This document shows, piece by piece, positions 9,496-19,987 of a stretch of 29,405 bases of DNA. Source of the stretch: Methyloligellaceae bacterium (GTDB taxonomy: Bacteria > Pseudomonadota > Alphaproteobacteria > Rhizobiales > CAYWUX01). Under the pieces are notes generated by a model. That model saw nothing but the letters and a program-made list of their open reading frames with translations, did no database searches and was not told where the DNA came from. The DNA is taken from the NCBI GenBank assembly GCA_051009705.1, contig JBPCWG010000463.1, positions 1 to 29,405 of the forward strand. Reading direction: 5' to 3'. How positions within the stretch are numbered: position 1 is the first letter of the stretch; each line of letters opens with the position of its first letter. A program made the position numbers and the translations under genes.

Positions 9496-9596
9496 CTTGT
9501 CTTCATCCGTTCCTGTATCCGTTCCAGCTCAGGCTTCCCTGACCAGAGGGACTGACATTGCCAAAATTCCAATAACTCGACCGACCAACCGCTTAC

Positions 9597-9737
9597 TCAT
9601 AAAGGTCGGTTTCCAACATTGCCGCCGAGGCGGAATACCGTAATAACAAAAAACAATACCGCCAGTCCCGCCAATGCAACGGCAATGGCCAGGGAGCGCC
9701 GCTTCTGTTTCTTCCGTCGGTCATCTTCGTCGGCCAC
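9597..9737 (-). CDS. coxF: Small single-TM cox operon protein (CoxF-like, 46 aa)
   Basis: Below the ORF-track cutoff. GTG 9737 directly abuts the ctaB stop. Translation is MADEDDRRKKQKRRSLAIAVALAGLAVLFFVITVFRLGGNVGNRPL, a basic patch plus one TM helix, matching the small gene found between ctaB and ctaG in Alphaproteobacteria. Confidence 0.8.
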   Translation of the reverse strand: MADEDDRRKKQKRRSLAIAVALAGLAVLFFVITVFRLGGNVGNRPL

Positions 9738-10691
9738 TTATGCCCCCCAGATATTCAGACTGAGCATTGTTGGCGCGCCAATCAGTTTTTCAACCAGCAA
9801 AATCGCATAAAGTGCGAAAAGGTAGACGATGGAATAAAGGAAGAGCCGCTTTGCCGGTTTATGGTCTTCTTCCTCGTACTTCCACAGAACGAAAGCGTGT
9901 TTGATAAACTGGAATCCCAGTAACGTCGCGCCGAGGGCATAGGCAATACCGCCGATATTCACAAATAGCGGCATCACGGAAACGCTGACAAGCAGGACCG
10001 CATACACCAGAATTTGTTTGCGAGTTTCCTGCAGGCCCGCAACGACCGGCAGCATGGGAACGCCGACACGCTCATAATCCCGCATCCGATAAAGCGACAG
10101 GGCCCAGAAATGGGGGGGCGTCCAGAAAAATATAATAGCGAACAGCAGAATGCTTTCAATACCAACGGATCCGGTGGCCACGGCCCATCCGATCATCGGT
10201 GGAAAGGCTCCTGCAGCACCGCCGATGACGATATTCTGCGGCGTCCGTCGTTTTAGCAGCATGGTGTAGATAAAAATGTAAAAGCCGATGGTCAATGCCA
10301 GCAACGCGGCGGCGAACCAATTTGCCACCAGCCCCAGAACCAGCACCGAACCAAAAGACAGTATCGTCCCGAATGTCAGGGCCTGATCCGGCGTTATTCG
10401 ACCCCTGGGGATGGGACGGGATGTTGTCCGCTGCATTTTGGCGTCAATATCGGCGTCGTACCACATGTTCAGGGCACCGGATGCACCGGCCCCACAGGCA
10501 ATGCAGATCAGGGCAGCCACGGCAAGTACAGGATGCACCGTCACCGGAGCCAGAACCAATCCAACGAGAGCGGTGAAGATAACCAGCGACATGACCCGGG
10601 GTTTCATCAACGCAAAATAATCACCGACATCACTATCGCCGGGCGCAACGACGAGCTCAGATTCCGGTGCGGGTATGCTGGTATCAGACAT
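9738..10691 (-). CDS. ctaB: Protoheme IX farnesyltransferase (heme o synthase)
   Basis: LMKPRVMSLV, LNMWYDADIDAKMQRTTSRPIP, KRRTPQNIVIGGAAGA and FFWTPPHFWALS. ATG 10691; the ORF is open to TTG 10700. Confidence 0.97.
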   Translation of the reverse strand: MSDTSIPAPESELVVAPGDSDVGDYFALMKPRVMSLVIFTALVGLVLAPVTVHPVLAVAALICIACGAGASGALNMWYDADIDAKMQRTTSRPIPRGRITPDQALTFGTILSFGSVLVLGLVANWFAAALLALTIGFYIFIYTMLLKRRTPQNIVIGGAAGAFPPMIGWAVATGSVGIESILLFAIIFFWTPPHFWALSLYRMRDYERVGVPMLPVVAGLQETRKQILVYAVLLVSVSVMPLFVNIGGIAYALGATLLGFQFIKHAFVLWKYEEEDHKPAKRLFLYSIVYLFALYAILLVEKLIGAPTMLSLNIWGA

Positions 10692-10750
10692 GGTTCTCAA
10701 TTGTACCCTGTGCTCTTACAATATTCCTCAGTCCCTTGTTTAAAAGGGCA

Positions 10751-12355
<1,605 letters not shown>

Positions 12356-12402
12356 CTATTTCCTCGCTTTAAATACCTGTGACCACCGAGTATCGACTAG
12401 GA

Positions 12403-13341
12403 TTATCGGTTCACTTGAGTTTTATTGTCTAACTGGATTGATTCGGCATCGGCGACATTCTTAATGCCGCGTCTTTTGAGTTCCGCCTGAAGCAAGACCT
12501 TGCGTGCTTTTTCTTCATCATCCTGAACGCTTTTCAGCCAGGTTTCGTAAACACTGTCCGAGACAACATGAACGGTGATGGGCATGAACGCATGGCGGAT
12601 ACCGCAGAGTTCCGAGCATTGTCCGTAATAGACACCTTCTTTTTCGGCCTTGAACCAGGTTTGGGTCACGCGACCAGGCACACCGTCGATTTTTGATCCG
12701 AATGCCGGGATCGTCCAATTGTGAATCACGTCACTGGCGGTAACCAGAACATGAACAACTTTGTTGACCGGTACGACAACCGGATTATCTACGGCCAGCA
12801 ATCTCGGTGCCTCAAAACCTTCCTTACGGGCGGCTTCCAGTTCTGCATCCTCAAGCATCACGGAATCGAAACTGACATCGGAGTCCGGATACTCGTAGCT
12901 CCAGTACCATTGGTTACCGATCGCCTTAATTGTTACGTCGGCCGGCGGGTAAGTATACTGCGCAAACAACAACCGGAACGAAGGCACAGCGATAACGATA
13001 AGAATCAAAATCGGTATGACCGTCCACAGGACTTCAATGGTTGTATTGTGAGTCGTTTTCGAAGGAACCGGATTGGCTTTTTCATTAAACCGCACAACAA
13101 CGATAATCAGAAGCGCCAAAACGAATAGCGCAATCAGAGTTATGATGATCAGCAGCAGGTTGTGAAAAGAATTGATCTGATGGGCGATCGGAGTCACGCC
13201 TTCTTGAAACCCCAATTGCCAGTTTTCCGGTTTACCCTGGGCCAGTGAATGGCCGGTCCCGGCGATAAATGCACCGATCAAAGCGAAAATTCTGACTAGT
13301 ACCCTCGATCCGAAGATCACCCGGGACATTCGTTTGCTCAT
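12403..13341 (-). CDS. coxB: Cytochrome c oxidase subunit II
   Basis: N-terminal signal peptide, two TM helices, QWYWSYEY, DVIHNW and the CuA motif CSELCGIRHAFM. AAGGA RBS. Confidence 0.98.
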   Translation of the reverse strand: MSKRMSRVIFGSRVLVRIFALIGAFIAGTGHSLAQGKPENWQLGFQEGVTPIAHQINSFHNLLLIIITLIALFVLALLIIVVVRFNEKANPVPSKTTHNTTIEVLWTVIPILILIVIAVPSFRLLFAQYTYPPADVTIKAIGNQWYWSYEYPDSDVSFDSVMLEDAELEAARKEGFEAPRLLAVDNPVVVPVNKVVHVLVTASDVIHNWTIPAFGSKIDGVPGRVTQTWFKAEKEGVYYGQCSELCGIRHAFMPITVHVVSDSVYETWLKSVQDDEEKARKVLLQAELKRRGIKNVADAESIQLDNKTQVNR

Positions 13342-14072
13342 TTATGGCATCCTTTGACTTTGAAATTTCTTTCGCAGTCTTACCGATGTGGATTGAAGCT
13401 AACCGTCTCCATCCACCCCATTTGTCTCATTTTCCGTACTTGCTGACAAAGCTGAACCGACATACCCCGACGCACAACAGCTTACGGACCCTTCAAACTG
13501 AACTGAGTTTGTTGTCTCAATACCCCCCGGTAATGGAACAATTTCCGAGTTTTATCTTTATACAAAAATCCAAATTCTTGAAAGAGAGGATACCGGACCA
13601 TTATTCACTCAGCTGTGTAAAAAGTTCAAACCATAATAAGCAAGGTGTTGCAACTCTTTGCCTTCATCAAAGAGTGCGGCAAATTCTCTCATTTTCCAGT
13701 CGGGTCAACGATTAATCTCACCCCTCTCACGACGCAATTTAGGATACGCGTCTAATTTTAGCCCTAAAGATGATCGACGACGGTGAAGAACGGCGCATAT
13801 CTATCCAAGTTTCAATTGTCACGGGCTCTTACTCGAACTAAACAAAGGGGGAATAATTGTCCAAATCGACCGAGAACCTCCAGGTTTCCCCGGAAATCGC
13901 TGCAGAATTCTGCCAAATTTGGTGAATCAGGTGGAAGGTCAACTGAATCGTATCATCGGCTCAATCAGGATTTCTTATTTGCCGGACCTATGACGCGCCG
14001 AATATGACCGGATAATTGTGCAGTCTGGTTGAGAGTACTTCTAATCAGAGAATTGTATTAATAGAGAATAGT

Positions 14073-14588
14073 ATGAAAATCTGTCATCCCGCATATTTGA
14101 CGATTATCGCTCTTGCCGCCTGGGTGACGATAGCGACCTCTTCGGATGCATGGGCTCAGGCAGGAAATATCGTCGCAACCCATGGGGCTTGGCAGGTCAG
14201 TTGTGGTAAGCCGCCGGGTGCCAGCACGGAAAAATGCGCGCTGGTGCAAAGCGTGACCGCCGAAGACCGGCCAAATGTCGGCCTGACCGTGATATTTCTG
14301 AAATCAATCGATGGGAAAAAACGATTGTTGCGGGTGGTGGCCCCTCTCGGTGTCCTGCTCCCCACAGGTCTCGGTCTCAAGATCGATGACAAGGACGTGG
14401 GCAACGCACCATTTTTAAAATGCGGCAAAATTGGATGTATTGCCGAAGTGGTGGTCACCGGAGAATTGGTGGAGAAAATGCAAAAAGGTGGAACCGCCGT
14501 CTTTATTATATTCCAAACCCCTGAGGCGGGGATCGGGATTCCGATATCCCTCACCGGATTCACGCCGGCCTTGAAAGCTCTGAAATAA
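14073..14588 (+). CDS. ialB: Invasion-associated locus B (IalB) family periplasmic protein
   Basis: Signal peptide ending AWA-Q, HGAWQVSC...CALVQ, LRVVAPLGVLLPTGLGL, C..GCIAEV and GIGIPISLTGF. Divergent from coxB. ATG 14073 is preferred over TTG 14016. Confidence 0.85.
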   Translation: MKICHPAYLTIIALAAWVTIATSSDAWAQAGNIVATHGAWQVSCGKPPGASTEKCALVQSVTAEDRPNVGLTVIFLKSIDGKKRLLRVVAPLGVLLPTGLGLKIDDKDVGNAPFLKCGKIGCIAEVVVTGELVEKMQKGGTAVFIIFQTPEAGIGIPISLTGFTPALKALK

Positions 14589-14755
14589 GAGATATTTCGG
14601 CACCTCTATATGTTCATCTAGACAGACGTCTCAGCCCTCAAGGCAGATAAGTTCTTTAGGGTCGATTACACAAGTTTGTTTCGATATATAAAGGCTAGAA
14701 TATTTGTTCTACCCTAAAAAGCCACAGCTTCGAATTCATCTGTGTGGTTCTGCGA

Positions 14756-14770
14756 ATTGTCATTGACAAT
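14756..14770. promoter_or_regulatory. Perfect 7-1-7 palindrome ATTGTCA-T-TGACAAT containing a TTGACA hexamer
   Basis: Seen directly, 70 nt upstream of the lipoprotein ATG. TTGACA is at 14763-14768. Confidence 0.45.
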
Positions 14771-14840
14771 CATTTCTGCAGACGACAACATCCGCTGCAA
14801 TTGCCGGAACAAACAATAACAATGGCTGTCTGAGTAAACC

Positions 14841-15497
14841 ATGGTTCGCATTTTCGTTGTCTTGCTGTCGGTAATTCTCAGTGCCTGTGCGGGTCAATCC
14901 GTTAGTCCCGGCCTGAATTCGGCCCTCGGCGGTCAGGGCACTCTGCTACAACCCGGTGATGCAAACAAAGCAAAAATCTCCGCACCAAAAACCCTCCTGT
15001 CCTGTATCAAAGAATTGACTTCCAGTGGGCAGGACGAGGCGGGCCACCCACCAAGTCTCCTCGCCTACCTTATTCGTGTCAGTCGCTCGCAGAATTCTGT
15101 TCCGACTGCCACACAGTTCGCGATAAATGCAGAGGCTCTGGAAGTCGCCGGATATGTTCGCTCCATCCAGGCTAAAGCCGCGGAAATTAACCGGCCGGCA
15201 ATCAGCCTTCATCTCGAAAACAAATCCAATGACAGGTTGTGCCTGGAACAACAGACGGCGTACTGGCAGAGAATAGCAAAGTCTGAACAGAACAAGGATT
15301 TTGACACACCGCAATCAAGCCCAGCCAGCAAGAAATTCCGTATGCTGACGGCATCTCTCGCCACACTGGACCGGATTTATGCCGAGACAAATGAAACAGT
15401 GTCGAACGCTCATCCGCAGGAAGTCGGCGAGCGACTTGCGCGTAGCTATTTGGACAAAACCTTGTACCTGCCCGCATCCGTCATTGAAGGTTCATAG
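14841..15497 (+). CDS. Hypothetical lipoprotein
   Basis: 218-aa ORF filling the gap between ialB and DUF937. It has a type II signal peptide with lipobox LSA-C (MVRIFVVLLSVILSAC). I recognise no family. Confidence 0.65.
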   Translation: MVRIFVVLLSVILSACAGQSVSPGLNSALGGQGTLLQPGDANKAKISAPKTLLSCIKELTSSGQDEAGHPPSLLAYLIRVSRSQNSVPTATQFAINAEALEVAGYVRSIQAKAAEINRPAISLHLENKSNDRLCLEQQTAYWQRIAKSEQNKDFDTPQSSPASKKFRMLTASLATLDRIYAETNETVSNAHPQEVGERLARSYLDKTLYLPASVIEGS

Positions 15498-15797
15498 AGG
15501 TCGGGCAGCCCGAACTGCACTTTTCCAAATTTGTTCCACGTCGTGCCCCTCGTGTGCTGCATCTCACAGGGGGCAACATGCCCAGCTTTTGCCCTATTGA
15601 TTTAGTTTAATGGGTTTCGTCGTAGGAGCGGTCGTGGCGTGGGAGACGACCTGTGAAGAGTTTGCGTTATATCTCTGATCACCATCAAGGCATCACTGGA
15701 TATTCGCCCCGAGGACCAACTGAATCTTCTCGTTTCAACCGTGTTCCAGACGATTTTGAACTTTGCACCTGGCTCAAGTTCACTTTGGAGCATTGCC

Positions 15798-16454
15798 ATG
15801 AAACTGCTTGAACTCGTAAAATCGGCGCATAACGAACGGGCCATCGAGAACCTGGCCGAGCAGTTTGATGTCCCTACTGGCGATATGGCGACAATCACAG
15901 AAGCGCTTGTTCCTCTGCTTTCCGATGGTTTTTCCCGCAATTCCAATAGTGACGAAGGGATGGTCGAACTCCTGCATGCCCTCGGTACCGGCAGGTATCA
16001 GCGCTACTATCAGGACCCGCGGATTTTTTCCAATGCCCATGTGCGATATGACGGCATTGCCATTCTCAAACATGCTGTGCAACCCGACGATCGCCGCGCT
16101 GAACTGATAACGGAAATGGAAACACGCACGGACATTGATGCCCAAACCATCGAGGAAATCCTGCCGTTTGTATCGGCCCTGACCATGGGCGCGTTGGACC
16201 AGAAAATGCGTCCGGCCCTCGATGATCTGGTCAAACAGCTTGGCACCTCAATTCAATCACCGTTCGCGGATCGCAACCCGTTCGCAGCCCTGGCCGAGTA
16301 CGTATCGGCGGCATCGCCGGATAATTCCGAAGAGTCAGCGGCGAAAAACGAAATCATCGAAGACCAAAACAAGGACACTCCGCGCCCGCAAACGTCGCTC
16401 TTTGCCAAGAAACTGGGGGCAATCATGTCGTGGACGACAGCTAAAAGCGCTTGA
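15798..16454 (+). CDS. DUF937 (YidB-like) family protein
   Basis: MKLLELVKSA...LAEQFDV...EALVPLLSDGFSRN and ILPFVSALTMGAL resemble alphaproteobacterial DUF937 proteins. A GGAG RBS precedes ATG 15798. Confidence 0.7.
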   Translation: MKLLELVKSAHNERAIENLAEQFDVPTGDMATITEALVPLLSDGFSRNSNSDEGMVELLHALGTGRYQRYYQDPRIFSNAHVRYDGIAILKHAVQPDDRRAELITEMETRTDIDAQTIEEILPFVSALTMGALDQKMRPALDDLVKQLGTSIQSPFADRNPFAALAEYVSAASPDNSEESAAKNEIIEDQNKDTPRPQTSLFAKKLGAIMSWTTAKSA

Positions 16455-16524
16455 TTACAGGACTGACTGCCTTGTTCACCGACACTCTGGATATGTTGTT
16501 CGCAACCGGTTTCGCGCAGTTGTC

Positions 16525-17898
16525 CTAGTACGCATGTTCCTTAAATATCGGATCGACGGACCCTTTCCACGCACCTTGATATTTTTCCAGATGTTTTTCG
16601 GCGGCTGTCATACCCGAATAGGCAATATCTTCAAGATCCGCAATGAAGTGCCGCTCATCAGTTCCGTTGGCATCAAGTCTGTTGCGCGATCTGAGCCCTT
16701 CCGAGGCAATTTCCACTATGTCTTTTGCCAGATCCTGCACCGTTCGATCGCGAAATTTTGCGTTTAGTGCCAGACGCGGGACTTGATCCCTCAAATCCTG
16801 TCGTTCTTCGGTCGTCCAGTCCCGGATCAGTGCGTGGGCGGCTTCCAGTGCGGCTTCATCATAAAGGAGCCCTACCCACAAAGCCGGCAAAGCGCAGAGA
16901 CGCCGCCACGGGCCGCCATCCGCACCCCGCATTTCGAGAAACTGTTTCAGACGGACCTCAGGGAAAATTGTAGTCTGGTGATCGGACCAGTCCTGCATCG
17001 TTGGCTCATAACCGGACAATCCCGGATGCTGGCTGTTTAGAAACTGGCGAAACGTGCCCTGAGTGGCATCGATGTATCTGCCATCCCTGTAGATAAAGTA
17101 CATGGGAACGTCGAGGGCGTAATCGGTGTAGGCTTCAAAGCCCATGCCGTCGTCGAACACAAATGGCAGCATGCCGCTTCGATCCGGATCCGTATCTCGC
17201 CAGAGCTCGCTGCGATAGGACAAATAACCGTTGGGTTTGCCTTCCTTGAAAGGTGAATTGGCGAACAATGCCGTGACAACCGGCTGCAGGGCCAGAGACA
17301 CACGGAACTTTTTCACCATGTCCGCTTCGCTTGAAAAATCAAGATTCACCTGTACGGTGGAGGAACGGAACATCATGTCGAGACCCAGCTTCCCGACTTT
17401 AGGCATGTAAGCCGACATAATTTTGTACCGGCCCTTAGGCATCATCGGCGTTTCCGCCAGTGTCCATTTGGGTGAGAAACCAAGGCCGAGGAAACCGATA
17501 TCCAGCGGATCTGCGACCTCCCGCACCTGCTGCAAATGATCATAAACCTCGGTGCATGTCTCATGGATGGAGGACAATGGCGCACCGGATAATTCAAATT
17601 GTCCACCTGGCTCCAGGGTGATCGAACTTCCCAATCCGACAGATTTCTGTTTCAGGGCGATAACAATATCACCTTCATGGACCGGGGCCCATTCTTCCCG
17701 GGCTCCCAGACCTTCGAGCAGAGCTCGAATACCGTCTTCGCCGTCATAGGGTATTGGTGATAGGTTACTTTTGCGGAATCCAAACTTTTCGTGTTCCGTA
17801 CCTATCTTCCATTCGGATTTGGCCCGGCAACCGCGCTCCAGGTCTCCCACAAGCTGGGCGAGAGATTCAATGGGTACCTTATCCTGTTCACTCGCCAT
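16525..17898 (-). CDS. gshA: Glutamate--cysteine ligase (GCS2, alphaproteobacterial/plant type)
   Basis: [49 protein letters not shown] and [18 protein letters not shown]. Confidence 0.96.
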   Translation of the reverse strand: MASEQDKVPIESLAQLVGDLERGCRAKSEWKIGTEHEKFGFRKSNLSPIPYDGEDGIRALLEGLGAREEWAPVHEGDIVIALKQKSVGLGSSITLEPGGQFELSGAPLSSIHETCTEVYDHLQQVREVADPLDIGFLGLGFSPKWTLAETPMMPKGRYKIMSAYMPKVGKLGLDMMFRSSTVQVNLDFSSEADMVKKFRVSLALQPVVTALFANSPFKEGKPNGYLSYRSELWRDTDPDRSGMLPFVFDDGMGFEAYTDYALDVPMYFIYRDGRYIDATQGTFRQFLNSQHPGLSGYEPTMQDWSDHQTTIFPEVRLKQFLEMRGADGGPWRRLCALPALWVGLLYDEAALEAAHALIRDWTTEERQDLRDQVPRLALNAKFRDRTVQDLAKDIVEIASEGLRSRNRLDANGTDERHFIADLEDIAYSGMTAAEKHLEKYQGAWKGSVDPIFKEHAY

Positions 17899-18066
17899 CT
17901 ATCCAAATTCCTGTGAAGTCATGAGCACAATTGATTACACGCTCTTGTTTGCTTACATGAGTTTCACGAAATCAGTGCGAATTCAACGCCTAAATGCAAA
18001 TTAAGGAGAGTACAGACAAAAATCGCGACCGGATTTCTTTAACATCGCGCGAACTGGAATTTTGTT

Positions 18067-18813
18067 CTATAGCCAATCGCCCAGCGTTGCATTGACAAGC
18101 GCGAGAACAGCGATACCGGCTGTATCTGCGCGCATGATTCGGGGGCCAAGAGAGAGGGGGACGACAAAAGACTGCTGACGCAGATAGTCTCTCTCCCTAT
18201 CCGAGAACCCTCCCTCAGGGCCAATGAGGACGGCAATCGGACCGGGTGTCAGATTGTTCAGTGTCGCGAGCGGTGAATAGGCGGCAGCGTTTTCATCGCA
18301 AAAAATAATCTGCCGGTCCGGAGGCCATCGTTTCTGGATCGTCGAGAGCGGAACCAGGTCTCCAACCTCAGGTACCGTCAATATCCCACACTGCTCCGCC
18401 GCCTCGATGACATTGGCCCGCATACGCTCATGTTTTACCCGCGCAACTTGAGTCCGTTCCGTGATGACAGGTTGAATGCGGGAGACGCCAAGTTCGGTGG
18501 CCTTTTGGACGATATAGTCGAGCCGCTGTCTTTTAAGGGGAGCGAAAAGATAGTGAATGTCCTGGGGATCTGTTTGCGGACGGATTGCTTCGACAATTTC
18601 CAGCTCACAACCGCGCCTGGATTTGCCGGATTGAACTATTCGGGCCAGCCATTCTCCATGCCGGCCGTTAAAAACATGAAACTCGGCCCCAGCCGTGAGG
18701 CGCATAACATTTGCAAGATAGTTCGTTTGCGACGGCGTGCACTGTATGATCCTGCCGCTCTCCAGATCATCTTCCAGATATAATCGAATTGTCGAAAAAT
18801 TCTTATCAGGCAT
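18067..18813 (-). CDS. rsmE: 16S rRNA m3U1498 methyltransferase
   Basis: YLANVMRL, VQKATELGV, EAAEQC, IGPEGGFS and LGPRIMRADTA (SPOUT knot). Confidence 0.96.
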   Translation of the reverse strand: MPDKNFSTIRLYLEDDLESGRIIQCTPSQTNYLANVMRLTAGAEFHVFNGRHGEWLARIVQSGKSRRGCELEIVEAIRPQTDPQDIHYLFAPLKRQRLDYIVQKATELGVSRIQPVITERTQVARVKHERMRANVIEAAEQCGILTVPEVGDLVPLSTIQKRWPPDRQIIFCDENAAAYSPLATLNNLTPGPIAVLIGPEGGFSDRERDYLRQQSFVVPLSLGPRIMRADTAGIAVLALVNATLGDWL

Positions 18814-19007
18814 CTGACCACCCAATCAGCGTTCCCCATTCACCAACCCCACTCTATCACAGGCAAGTAATATCGGCAGTGTCAAAGGCGACTTACGACA
18901 TCGCCCCTGGACTTGCAATGACCAATGGATTGCATTCAGGTGCGATATCTGGTGTGAATAGTCAATCATCAATCGAATTATCTCGAACGAGAAAACAAGA
19001 CCCGAAG

Positions 19008-19940
19008 ATGACTATTGAGCACCAACGCGTTGCGGATGCGCCTGAGCGCAATTGGGTGGACAGATTTGCACCACTGGCAATTCGGCCCTATATGCGGCTG
19101 GCCCGTCTGGATCGTCCTATAGGAACTTGGCTGCTGCTGTGGCCGTGCCTGTGGTCAATCGCACTGGCGGATCTTGCCAATGGGGATCGCGTTCCAAGTA
19201 TCTGGCTGCTCATCCTGTTTTCCATCGGCGCAATCGTGATGCGCGGTGCGGGCTGCGTCTATAATGATCTGGTCGACAAGGATTTCGATGGCCGAGTGGA
19301 ACGCACCCGTTCCCGGCCGATCCCCAGCGGACAGGTTTCCGTTCGCAATGCAAGAATCTACATGATCAGTCTCAGCCTTGTTGGATTTCTTGTACTCATA
19401 CAACTGAATTGGATATCGATAAAACTGGGAATTCTGTCCCTTGCAATCGTGGCGATATATCCGTTCATGAAACGGTTTACCTACTGGCCGCAGATATTTC
19501 TCGGACTTGCGTTCAGCTGGGGGGCCCTGATGGGATGGGCGGCGGTCAGAGCCGAGGTTACCCTTGTGTCGGTTATTCTCTATGCCAGTGCCATCTCCTG
19601 GACAATCGGTTACGACACGATTTATGCGCACCAGGACAAGGAAGACGATGCGTTGCTGGGACTGAAGTCCACAGCATTGAAATTCGGGGAGTCGACGAAA
19701 TCCTGGCTCAGCCTTTTTTTTGGACTGGCACTGGCTCTGCTCGCACTGTGTGGCTGGCTGCTCGCAACCGGAATGGTTTACTGGCTCGGTTTAACGGCGG
19801 CAACGGCCCATGGGACTTGGCAGATCACAACCCTGGATATTGCCGATCGTGACAATTGTCTGCGTCGCTTTCGTTCCAACCGCGATTTCGGCCTCATCAT
19901 ATTCTGCACGATCCTCCTGCAGATGGCGGTCGGTAACTAG
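19008..19940 (+). CDS. ubiA: 4-hydroxybenzoate polyprenyltransferase
   Basis: RLARLDRPIGTWLLLWP, MRGAGCVYNDLVDKDFD..VERTRSRP, YPFMKR and YDTIYAHQDKEDD. The real start is most likely ATG 19008. Confidence 0.96.
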   Translation: MTIEHQRVADAPERNWVDRFAPLAIRPYMRLARLDRPIGTWLLLWPCLWSIALADLANGDRVPSIWLLILFSIGAIVMRGAGCVYNDLVDKDFDGRVERTRSRPIPSGQVSVRNARIYMISLSLVGFLVLIQLNWISIKLGILSLAIVAIYPFMKRFTYWPQIFLGLAFSWGALMGWAAVRAEVTLVSVILYASAISWTIGYDTIYAHQDKEDDALLGLKSTALKFGESTKSWLSLFFGLALALLALCGWLLATGMVYWLGLTAATAHGTWQITTLDIADRDNCLRRFRSNRDFGLIIFCTILLQMAVGN

Positions 19941-19987
19941 GAATGACGAGGAAGGAGCAACCGGGATAAATCCCTATCAGACCGGCA

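Noticed and set aside
9529-9531. In-frame TGA upstream of ctaG (and ATG-ACG-AAG-TGA at 21798-21809 upstream of the LpxJ-WaaA frame) as evidence of TGA recoding
   Set aside because: TGA is an ordinary stop in several genes here (lpxK, DUF937, ctaG, coxF). I saw no SECIS-like hairpin and no conserved Cys/Trp position.
13657-13670. Canonical FNR/FixK box upstream of coxB
   Set aside because: Only one half-site matches (TTGAT-N4-GCAAA). Not called as a feature and kept only as a candidate in the findings.
13344-13715. 123-aa plus-strand ORF in the coxB upstream region, and 13783..14007
   Set aside because: No RBS, atypical composition and no motifs. They overlap the expected cox and ialB promoters.
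18789-19007. 73-aa N-terminal extension of UbiA overlapping the rsmE start
   Set aside because: UbiA similarity begins near ATG 19008. The extension is low-information and spans the divergent promoter.
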